Positions 55,233 to 64,000 of a stretch of 64,000 nucleotides of DNA are shown here, one piece after another (position 1 is the stretch's first letter; the number at the start of each line of letters is the position of its first letter). The position numbers and the translations under genes were made by a program. Source of the DNA: Epithemia pelagica. Its lineage: Eukaryota; Protista; Bacillariophyta. The stretch is from NCBI GenBank assembly GCA_946965045.2, contig OX337228.1, forward strand, positions 3,038,001 through 3,102,000, written 5' to 3'. The notes under the pieces were generated by a model. The model made no database searches. It had not been told where the DNA came from and worked only from the letters and a program-made list of their open reading frames with translations.

Positions 55233-58200
55233 ATGTCGTCGCAGAAGCATCTTCGATACAAGAGAGAATCGGCATCAGATTTGGCATCATTTACGAGGCG
55301 TGACAATGCTTCGGGAAATGCACCTTCGAGTACTCTCGTCTCTTCGCGTGTCTGGGAAGTCGAAGCACCTGCACCTGTATCGTCCTTGAAGGTAAGATTT
55401 GTGTATGGCATTCTTCTTTGTCGTCTCCAGCGCGTGGTGTCTCTGATGTTCTCTTTGGAAATCTTAATATTTTCTTCCCAACAGGGTGCATTGATTCCAC
55501 GGGCCTTGACTGGTCGTCGTCGTCGCAAGGTGTCCATCGAGGTGCACCAAATTGATAGCAAGGCCAGTGGACATAAAGGGACATACGAAGAATGCATTGT
55601 CCGATTGCTCACGCCTGCTAAGAAGGCAAAATCCAAGCACTTTCGATCCCACCGACATGACCACCATCACAACAAGGAAAACGGGAACGACAATTATGAG
55701 GATTATGATGACGATGATTCGACTGTTGCTCCCGTTGATTCCAAAGATTTGACATCTTCTAACTTTGCTTCACCTGAGTTCTTTGGATGGCATGAAAAGT
55801 ATCGCATGCCTCTTAGGAATATCACCATCAAAGGTACAAACCGCACCAGAGTCTTTGTACAAGTCACGTTGGGAAGATTGAAACAAACACGCCAGCTAAT
55901 CTTTGACACCATGGAGCAGGCGGAAGATTTCCGTAAGGTGTTGTCGGACCATCTGGATCTCGAAAATGACCGAAACCGAGAAAAACTCAAAGTTCTGTTT
56001 GATGGCAAACCTCCTCCTGAAAAGACAGAAATTACCTTTTTGGTGGAAATTTTGTCTGGTTGGGATCTTCCCGTGGGTGATCTCAAAACATCAGATCCCT
56101 ATGTGGTTTGCTCGTTCAATGGCAAAGATGTTCACAGGACGCAGCATATCAACAATACGTAAGTACAGAGGTCACCGACTTTGAAACGAACTTCCAATGA
56201 TCGACGCTCATTTTGGTATTTGTTACGCTCATTTTTGTGTTTGTTCAGGTTGGATCCGATCTGGACCGTCAAAACTGGCGGGCTTTTCCTTTTCACGGTG
56301 GATCCCGAAAGCCTGTTTCTCAGCGAAGGACTTCTTTTCACTGTCAAAGACTATGATGCACTGGGAACTAATGAACAACTAGGTCATTTCTATGTATCGG
56401 GAAGTCTTATTTATGACGGAAAAGGAGAACGATGGGAGTTTAAGCTTTTGCCCATGCCGGGGTCCAAAAAGAAGGCTATTCCTGGCCATGTCGGAGTCAA
56501 GTGTCGTCGTGCCACCGACTACGACATCAAGTTTATGAAGGAGCATGTATACAAGAGTTTGAAAGCGGGTGGAATGAACAAAATGGACATGACGACGGAG
56601 CAGCGAGGCGGTCAGGGAGCCCTCGTGTCGTACTTCCGTCGTCAGACAAGGACGAACAAGGAGGGCGTTCGAGAATACAAGATTCGACCGGAACCGGACC
56701 CAAATCATGTGGAAGAAACCACTTGGATGAGCCGAGACGCAATTGAAGCGGCGACTCGTGAGGAGTCCCATCACTGGATCGATGTTGGAAGTGGTCGACT
56801 GGGTCGTCTTCACGTCGAGATCCTTGGTTGCGACGATTTACCTAACCTGGACACTGGTGGACGAAACAAAACAGACACTTTCGTCGCTCTTGTGTACGAG
56901 GATGCTGTCGTAAAAACGGACGTAATTGATGATTGTTTGAACCCACGATGGCTTCCATGGTCGAAACGAGCCGTAATCTTTCATGTCTATCATAGCAGCA
57001 GCAAGCTATACCTTGGAGTGTTCGACTACGATCGAAGCATCCATCCAGCCGATGATCATGACCTTGTGGGCCGAGTGACAGTTGATCTGACTAACCTTCG
57101 ACCTGATACAATGTATCTTCTGAACTACGATATTTACACCACGTCACGTATTTCGGATCGCAAACGAAAGGGTTCTATTACATTGAGGCTTCGTCTGGAG
57201 ATTGAAGACGAACGGGCTGTACTTCTGTCTAACTTGGAGCCACCTCCAGACTTCTACGTCAATGCGAAGACACGAAAGGACTACCGTGTTATTATGTACA
57301 CATGTACAGGGAAATATGGTATGTTCTCGTGCATCTGGTCGATAGTTGCTTTTTGCAACCAACGATATTCTTATTGTCCTTACCCTATCTCTGGCCTTCA
57401 CAGACACCTCGAAGTATGATATCAAGTATATCAACTCCTATATCGAAGAAATCTTGGCATACCAAGCAACGCTATTTTATTTGAACGATGCCATCATGAA
57501 TCTATTTCTTTGGCGGGGAACCTTTCCGCTCACCTTCAACATTCTAGGAAAGAAGTATCAGATTCTCTTACCTGTTCACTCCTTTTTCACTTTCTTGTCA
57601 CTTGCATTGGTCGTGGAACGACCGCAACTTGCTCCTGCCTGGTTTTTTGGGTAAGTCATCATCGCGATCCACCTCTTCTGGAACAGTCTTAACTCATTGA
57701 AACATCCACTTGACGTTTGACAGAGCTTTGGGATGGATCATGTTGGGGACGATGGATTACCGGCTCCACACACCTGATCCCTGGCTGAATTGCAAAGACT
57801 TCGCGGAATTTTTTGCTGCGCTTCTAATTGGGTTCTCTCCAAAATCTGCCGACTCTATTGAGCAGAATGAGAATGCAGAAGAAGCGAAAGCATTCGTGAA
57901 AAGAATGGAAAAACGAATTGCTGACGCGGAAGAGAAAGCCGCTCAAGAGTACGAAGAGAACGCGAGAGCTCAGGAAGAACTCGAACGAGAGATGGAAGAT
58001 ATTGGTGATACCAGCGGTGATATCAGTACGAATCGAACGGCTGGTGGGTTCTCAGTGGATCCATTCAAGGCCGTTCTCTCTCCTGTGCAGCAGAATCTTG
58101 CGATGGTCTGCAAGTATCTACGTCTTATGCGGTGGATTGTTTATTGGGAGGAGTGCTATATCTCGTTCTGGATCACGGCTGGTTGTTTCATGATTTCCGC

Positions 58201-58912
58201 GGTTTTCGTATTTGTTCCATGGTTCTTTCTTGTCAAGTGGACGTCGAGATTTGTGGTATGGACATTCTTTGGCCCATGGATGAAACTTTTGGACATATTC
58301 TACTTCAGCAAGCTAAAAGATCTATCTGAAGATGAGATTGAAGCTCAGCGGCTTGCAGCTCGTGAAAAGCGTCGACTGGCCACGGAAGAAGCCCTATCTC
58401 AAGCTCGTATCAAGCGCGAAAAGGCTGCGAAGCTCGAGGCCATGAAGACATATATGTTTGGAAAGTACATTGCACGTGTCCCGGTCCTAAAGGAAGATCG
58501 GTTCAAAGATATCCCGCGATCTGAATCCTATGCTGTTCCATACAAGCCCACACCGATACCATTGTCTGAAATTGCAATGCAAGAGGCTGGCTATCACCGC
58601 ACGCGTCTTCCTGGACAACATCTCGTAGGGGACATGATTCCTCGAATGGAGACGGTAAGTTTCACCGAGGCTCCTGTTGGACAGCCTATCAAGCAACGGA
58701 ACCTTGTTGATCGTGATGCGCCGGCAGGAGTGATCTTTGGGGGTCCTGAGTCAACAACCCAGGCATACATCAAGATAGGTTCGTTGGTCTTGGTTTCATC
58801 CATCATCAGTTGGCTAGCGGTCCCATTTTTCTCAGGTCTGATTGATAAACTTCTCGGTAGTCTCCAACCGGCAGCCTTTGATGATGTTGAACTCAGTAAG
58901 GAGGATCTCTAG
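55233..58912 (+). CDS. Double C2-domain multi-pass membrane protein (MCTP-like), paralog of 45307-49090; exons 55233-55391, 55485-56158, 56249-57318, 57404-57650, 57724-58912; 1112 aa
   Basis: Four GT-AG introns (93, 90, 85 and 73 nt) give one continuous frame; C2 domains VEILSGWDLP...SDPYVV...NT|LDPIW and GRLHVEILGCDDLP...NPRW...GVFDYD; C-terminal WEECYISF...FFGPW. Confidence 0.85.
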
Positions 58913-58969
58913 ATAGACACAGATTGCCAATCCAATCAGAGCTGTGTAGTAACTAATAAACGGTATTTA

Positions 58970-59380
58970 GAATACTTAGTTACTTCTAAGTGTACATATA
59001 TTATTTGTTAACATTCTACTTTGCTACTTTTCTACAGACAAATCTCATCGTACTACTTTACTTAACTACTATACCATTCCATGGAAATGAATAGCTGAAT
59101 TACTTAGTGACTAAGTACACCCCTCCCCGAACATATCCAACCTACTTTCCCACATCAAACATCTAGTAAACATGTCGGTACTTTACTTTACTACTTTTAC
59201 CTTCCTCATCCAATACGATGTACTTTACTTCTCTACTAAAGTATCTACATATTTTCCATGCCCTTACTTACTTTTTCATCGCATAGCACACGTTAAACCA
59301 TACTTTAGTACGTTGTAGTACATCCTTCTCTGTCTGACCAATCACAGCGCACAGCACACGTTGACGCTTACTACTTCCTG
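58970..59380 (+). repeat. Low-complexity TACT/TACTT-rich tract with short palindromes
   Basis: Many interspersed TACT(T) units (e.g. gtactttacttactacttttacc near 59178); ACTTAGT-G-ACTAAGT at 59102-59116. Confidence 0.7.
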
Positions 59381-59390
59381 CTCCAACGAC

Positions 59391-61367
59391 ATGGCCCATT
59401 ACCCAACACCCAAACTCCATCCGCACCTCAATTCTATTTTCGATCCTTGCACCTCTGTTGTTATTGTCCATATCATGGAAGAATACATTGATCGACAATC
59501 CATCCAGTTCCGTTCCAAATGTTACCCCATGTACATTCTTCACTCCAGCCCATCCTTTTTCTCTTTTATGGATGATTTTATGAAGACGACACAGAACTCT
59601 TCACTGTCTCCGAACGCACTTCGTTATGCCGTTCACCGCCAAGCCATTTCATGGCTTATCCGTCACAATGGATTCATTGTTTACAAAGAACGAAATACAT
59701 ATACATCTCAGTCCCATACTTGCCAAGTTCCCGAATTGCTTTTCAGAGAACAAATCCAACTGATTATCGGCATTATTGTCCGGTCTCTTCAGGATGGCTT
59801 TCCCAAGAACCGATCAATCGATTCTTTCCAACACTTCTTCATTCCAAGTGAAACCGAATATTCAAGCCGATTGGTTTTGTCGGTTCGCTGTGACCCTGTA
59901 ATTTCTCTTGTTCAGACACCCAAAGTGCACAACTGCATTGACTTTACATTGCAAACCAGCAACCAACTCCGGTCGACCCCAATTAATGCGATCATCACGT
60001 CCTGGTTCATCCGTACCGGCGTGCATGTTGTTTGTCATCAAGTCCCACAACAAATGGTACTTGACTATTATGTCAATGATTGCACTATGGAAGAATCCAC
60101 CAACGAAGTTGCGTATCCTCTATCTCTACGTCCATACCTTTCATTACTGGAATACAAATTCAAGGAACACAAGGAGACCACCGCGCACCCAGAAAGATTG
60201 AGTATATCCACCAGCAATCCTTCCATTCCCCCAAACGACGACGACGACGACCATGGTACGAAAAACGACAGCGGTACAAAACACGAAAATGGTACGAAAC
60301 ACGACGCCGTTATGAAAGACAACCAAGACGACGACAACCATGGTATCGAACGCAACGATAATTTCTACGGACAGAAGGATGACGCTTCTCCTAAGAAAAA
60401 GAAGCAACAAAAACAATCACCACAGAAATCTCCAACATGTACCCATTCCTATTCCACCAGATTTCGGAACGCAACAATCGCAAAAATTCTACAAGCGGCC
60501 TCTCGTTCGAAACACGAAATTAACTATCCTGACCACCGTCATCAACCTGGGAAACCAGCAAAGACAACGACTCCAGTTCGCTGCACCGTAAGAATACCAG
60601 AGGTCGACTACGTCACAATTCAACAAAGACTTGAAGACCTGGCGCAAATGAAAGCTTTCCACGAAGAGCTCAAATCTCTCGGCAAGTTTGTTCCACGCGA
60701 CAAATGGACTACCTGGCTTGACTGTTGCCATGATCCCACTGCTGATAGGCCATTCATGATGTTGATGACAATATGCATGAGTAGTAGCACCTCCGATAAG
60801 CAGTTGAGCTCGATAATGCCGAGACTTTTTGCATGTGGTCTTACCTCGGCGCAGGCTGTAATCGAGATCGCTTTGCAGTTCGGAATGAACGCACTCTGTT
60901 GTTTGCTGTCCGAATGTGGTCGGTATTATCCGAATACGGAACGAATTGTCAATGCCGCTGACTATTTCTGTCAACGGCATGACGGCAAAATACCCCACAA
61001 CATAACAATCTACGAATTAACCACTCTACATGGCATCGGTTATAAGACCGCTTGCATCATAATCGAGGCGGCATTTGATCGGGTCGATGGAATACCGGCC
61101 GATATCCATGTCATCCGATGGAGCGAGCATTTGTCTTGGATACCTTTGCGTGCAACAGGTATGCCCTGTTCCAAAATTCTGGAATCATGGATTCCAAAGG
61201 AGTCATGGAATGTGATAAATCCAATGTTTGGTGCGTTTGGTCAACACTCTAGCACTTATGAGTCGAGGTCCGAAATATTGTCCCAAATTGGGAATACAAA
61301 CCTATTTGACAATGCCCTAAGACAGAAAATGAGATCGATGATTCATAAATACCATGTAACTTCCTAA
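59391..61367 (+). CDS. Endonuclease III (HhH-GPD)-like DNA glycosylase fused to an unknown N-terminal region; no Fe-S cluster motif
   Basis: FMMLMTICMSSSTSDKQL; HDGKIP; HhH LTTLHGIGYKTA (catalytic Lys); GIPADIHVIR (catalytic Asp); WNVINPMFGAFGQ; no downstream Cys cluster. Confidence 0.82.
   Translation: MAHYPTPKLHPHLNSIFDPCTSVVIVHIMEEYIDRQSIQFRSKCYPMYILHSSPSFFSFMDDFMKTTQNSSLSPNALRYAVHRQAISWLIRHNGFIVYKERNTYTSQSHTCQVPELLFREQIQLIIGIIVRSLQDGFPKNRSIDSFQHFFIPSETEYSSRLVLSVRCDPVISLVQTPKVHNCIDFTLQTSNQLRSTPINAIITSWFIRTGVHVVCHQVPQQMVLDYYVNDCTMEESTNEVAYPLSLRPYLSLLEYKFKEHKETTAHPERLSISTSNPSIPPNDDDDDHGTKNDSGTKHENGTKHDAVMKDNQDDDNHGIERNDNFYGQKDDASPKKKKQQKQSPQKSPTCTHSYSTRFRNATIAKILQAASRSKHEINYPDHRHQPGKPAKTTTPVRCTVRIPEVDYVTIQQRLEDLAQMKAFHEELKSLGKFVPRDKWTTWLDCCHDPTADRPFMMLMTICMSSSTSDKQLSSIMPRLFACGLTSAQAVIEIALQFGMNALCCLLSECGRYYPNTERIVNAADYFCQRHDGKIPHNITIYELTTLHGIGYKTACIIIEAAFDRVDGIPADIHVIRWSEHLSWIPLRATGMPCSKILESWIPKESWNVINPMFGAFGQHSSTYESRSEILSQIGNTNLFDNALRQKMRSMIHKYHVTS
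60255..60308 (+). repeat. Three 18-bp coding repeats (GTKNDS/GTKHEN/GTKHDA)
   Basis: GGTACGAAAAACGACAGC, GGTACAAAACACGAAAAT, GGTACGAAACACGACGCC. Confidence 0.85.
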
Positions 61368-61452
61368 ATAATATGTTAACTTATTGTTGATCTCTTCGTT
61401 GTTGTTGTATTGTTGTTGTTGTATGTAATATGTCGTGCAATGTACTTTCTGT

Positions 61453-61729
61453 TTACTCGTCTTCATCATCCTCTTCATCATTCTCCTCTTCATCATCTCC
61501 GGCTTCTTTATCTCCCTCATCTCCCTCGTCATCCCCCTCTTCATCACCTTGGTCTTCCTCGCCTTTGTTACAATTCTTTCTGAATCGTAGGGACATTGAT
61601 GCTCGGTAGAGCAGACAATCAGGTAGGTCACCAACCGATACAAGCTTCTCAGGGTCAGAGAAGCAAGCAAGTCGAAGTCTATCAGAAGGATAGTCGGGAC
61701 ACAAAAGAGGATGTGATAAATGGTGATAT
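61453..61729 (-). pseudogene. 5'-truncated ORF remnant with a strongly acidic C-terminus
   Basis: Frame ends ...GEEDQGDEEGDDEGDEGDKEAGDDEEENDEEDDEDE*; no clear ATG start; stops upstream of about 61730. Confidence 0.45.
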
Positions 61730-62342
61730 TGTTAGATTGTGTGTTGATTACTACGATAGGTCTACGTGAAATGTTCGGTCCTGCCAAGGGTCATGTGTCA
61801 TAGGTTCTTGGCGGCAACAGGTTTGGAATAGTTGGAGTTGATTCATGTGATGTATATGACATGTATATGTGGGCGGATAACATATACAGGGTCAACAGCT
61901 CTTGCTTTGGGTTGGCATAGTTGTTTTCATGGCGCGCAGCTTGTTGACAATTTGGAGATTGTGGGAATGGAAATATGGTCTCGCGTGATCGTGTGTCGTG
62001 CTTGGGATACTTAGACCGTTGGATCGGATAGATGCCGATAGCGCTCGGATGTTGCTTGGGCGCGCTCGATGATTTCGGGCGCGTACGCTTAGGGCGTTAG
62101 TATAATGTCCGAGCAACGGCCAAATTTATGTCCGTTGTAATACCGCACGACCCAGTTTAGTCTTGAGAGTGAGTTCGTCAATCTATTCTCACTTTTCATG
62201 ATTTGCGAAGAAATATAGGTCGATATAGCGCGAAGCTAGGGAACATAGCTCGAAGCTAGAGGGCATGATGCGATAGCACGTGGCTATGTGACATGGGGAA
62301 TCGATGAGATGTAGAATCTAACCACCATAGACGGTGAGAATT

Positions 62343-64000
62343 CTAACACTCCCCACAACTCGTCGTTTCAGCCTTGTCATCATTGGATTTGTTGAGATCT
62401 TGAACTTCTCCTTTCCAAAACAACAATGGCTTGAGCATGGGCCAAATAGATACGAAATCCCAATGTTTGCTAAGGATATCGGCAGGGTTGGTCTTTCCAT
62501 CTTTCCAGTAGAATGCAACATACTTTGCTGCGATGGCTTCACGAACTCGGTGGTATGACAGAAGATGGTGTCTCTTGGATAGTATGGAGTGAGGAACGGT
62601 TGCATTGAGCACAACAGATCTGTTATCTCCGTACAAGTAACTTCGCTCTCGGATAGGTACTCCAAGGTAGCGGAGAGAATGTCGTAATTCTGTAATCTGA
62701 TCTATTGCTGTCCTTGCAGCCACAAACTCGGATCCATAGGTAGCAGTTTCCACCGTGCTCTGTCTCTTGCTGTACCAGTCAATAGGTGTTCCGTTCAACA
62801 AATGTAGAACAGCAGTGACGGATTTACCAGTGACTATGTCATGCATGAGATTGGCATCAACATAATGAGTTGTGGTAACATAGCGGCCAAGAGGTGTTGG
62901 GCAGTCTTCAGGAATACGTTCACTTGCATTCGAATAGACAGTGCGAGTCCAATCAAATTCTTGGGTAGGAAGACTTGAATAATCAGGCTCTCCAATCCTA
63001 AATCTGATTGCGCCTTCTGGGAGATGTGCAAGGTATCCATAGATACGCTTGGCTCTATCAAGATGTCCTTTCCTCGGAGCAGCACGAAAGCGTGATAGCG
63101 TCATTGTAGCGGTGAAGACGTCGAAACGACCAATAGTGATCACCCATTGGAGTTGTCCAATCAGAGTTTGGAAATGGCTAGTACCTTCTTCATCAAGGAG
63201 CTCAGAATCATCCAATTCAGGATGGTCTCCACCAATAAGAGGTGTTTTGGCTTTCTTGGGTTTCTCCTTGAAGATTCGTTCGAAAGTGTCCATCATCTTA
63301 CCAATGTAGCGTCTTGGATCTGCTACGAATGTTCCATCAGAATCCTTGGTGTAACAACATCCCAAATGGAAATCAATAGGTCCATCTCCTTTGAGTTTGA
63401 AGTTGTATTTCTCCTTCAGGATCTTGCAGATATTCCCAGGATCAGTAGAAATAATGGCTAAGTCATCAACGTATACGGCAATGTATTCGTAACAGTCTTC
63501 TCCAGGTGCTTTCCTCATCCAGATATCCGGATCTGCTTTGCTTGGTGAAAATCCCATGTCTGTCAAAACATCGAATAAGACATCATGCCAGCGTGCGCCT
63601 GATGACTTCAATCCATAAAGTGCCTTGTATATAATCAGGATGTGACCTTCTAATTCCTTGAATTCAGGTCCTGCGACAATGAAAATTTTCTCCCCTGTCA
63701 AGGCTTCCAGATATGCATTTCCAATATCTGCTCCCCATATTTCCAAGTCATTCAAAGTACCCAGGAATAAGGCAATGCGGAGGTTGCGAATGGAAACAAC
63801 ACCTGAATAGATTGTCTCAACAGGTTCTTTTGTGAGATGTCCATCTGCGACAAGTCTTGCTTTATGTCGTCCATCATGTTTTACGTCAAAGACAAGATGC
63901 ACACGTATCTTATGATATCCTTCAGGTGCATTGGATACTTTCCCTTTAATGAAGATGGCTTTCCCAAAATCCTTGAATGTCTTGTAGGACTGGATCTGTG
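62343..64000 (-). CDS. pol: Copia pol polyprotein, reverse transcriptase and RNase H (partial)
   Basis: Frame is open to the window edge; HKARLVA, DIGNAYL, KALYGLKSSG, YVDD; RNase H residues in YVDAN, GSEF, YGDN and NPADILSK. Confidence 0.95.
   Translation of the reverse strand, partial: QIQSYKTFKDFGKAIFIKGKVSNAPEGYHKIRVHLVFDVKHDGRHKARLVADGHLTKEPVETIYSGVVSIRNLRIALFLGTLNDLEIWGADIGNAYLEALTGEKIFIVAGPEFKELEGHILIIYKALYGLKSSGARWHDVLFDVLTDMGFSPSKADPDIWMRKAPGEDCYEYIAVYVDDLAIISTDPGNICKILKEKYNFKLKGDGPIDFHLGCCYTKDSDGTFVADPRRYIGKMMDTFERIFKEKPKKAKTPLIGGDHPELDDSELLDEEGTSHFQTLIGQLQWVITIGRFDVFTATMTLSRFRAAPRKGHLDRAKRIYGYLAHLPEGAIRFRIGEPDYSSLPTQEFDWTRTVYSNASERIPEDCPTPLGRYVTTTHYVDANLMHDIVTGKSVTAVLHLLNGTPIDWYSKRQSTVETATYGSEFVAARTAIDQITELRHSLRYLGVPIRERSYLYGDNRSVVLNATVPHSILSKRHHLLSYHRVREAIAAKYVAFYWKDGKTNPADILSKHWDFVSIWPMLKPLLFWKGEVQDLNKSNDDKAETTSCGEC
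62349..62354 (-). other. Polypurine tract (plus-strand primer) overlapping the last pol codons
   Basis: GGGGAG on the minus strand immediately before the TG LTR start. Confidence 0.75.

Larger units (their letters stand above)
62136..64000 (-). mobile_element. Ty1/copia LTR retrotransposon (CoDi-like), 3' part: RT-RNase H, PPT and 3' LTR; continues beyond the window
   Basis: Copia-type RT and RNase H; pol ends TGT GGG GAG TGT TAG with PPT GGGGAG directly followed by TGTTAGAA (LTR start at 62348). LTR end is uncertain: ...TATTACA at 62136 (213 bp) or ...TCTAACA at 61730 (619 bp). Confidence 0.9.

Noticed and set aside
59391-61367. Glycosylase as internal cargo of the adjacent copia element
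   Set aside because: The PPT and LTR start follow pol directly, so the gene lies outside this element's 3' LTR; any mobility would involve a different unit.
61317-61787. 156-aa ORF with an M/K/R-rich segment
   Set aside because: The MKR pattern is the shifted reading of GAT/GAA/GAG codons of the acidic frame.

Overview
Gene-dense eukaryotic nuclear DNA, most likely from a (pennate) diatom or a related alga with a secondary red plastid. Evidence: short GT-AG introns, a nuclear-encoded plastid ribosomal protein L28 with a bipartite signal+F-type presequence, and a Ty1/copia element resembling diatom CoDi elements. About 30 protein-coding loci are present. Housekeeping genes: PRP38B-like, TBL1-like, MLH1, NDUFS5-like, RNR large subunit, ATP23, ubiquitin-S27a, UMP1, LSM3, TBC1D22/GYP1, ERGIC/Erv. 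Enzymes: class 3 lipase, PhyH-type dioxygenase, two sulfotransferases, D-cysteine desulfhydrase, glycosyltransferase, SGNH hydrolase, GS-like ligase. There are also two paralogous C2-domain membrane proteins. The right end (about 58.9-64 kb) is an accessory block: a TACT-rich tract, an intronless endonuclease III-like gene lacking the Fe-S loop, a truncated acidic-tail ORF and the 3' part of a copia retrotransposon with an intact RT-RNase H frame. The most notable oddities are: (1) NDUFS5 with a 127-residue loop that could be a stop-free 333-nt exitron; (2) RNR large subunit with a signal-peptide-like 124-aa extension; (3) a recurrent intergenic TAGGAGTA motif, often in palindromic pairs; (4) a zinc-finger gene split by a frameshift; (5) a PRP38B-Tudor fusion; (6) eS31 lacking its zinc ligands; (7) the TE-adjacent glycosylase. 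All family assignments come from motif recognition by eye; no database searches were run. No rRNA, tRNA or CRISPR array was recognised.
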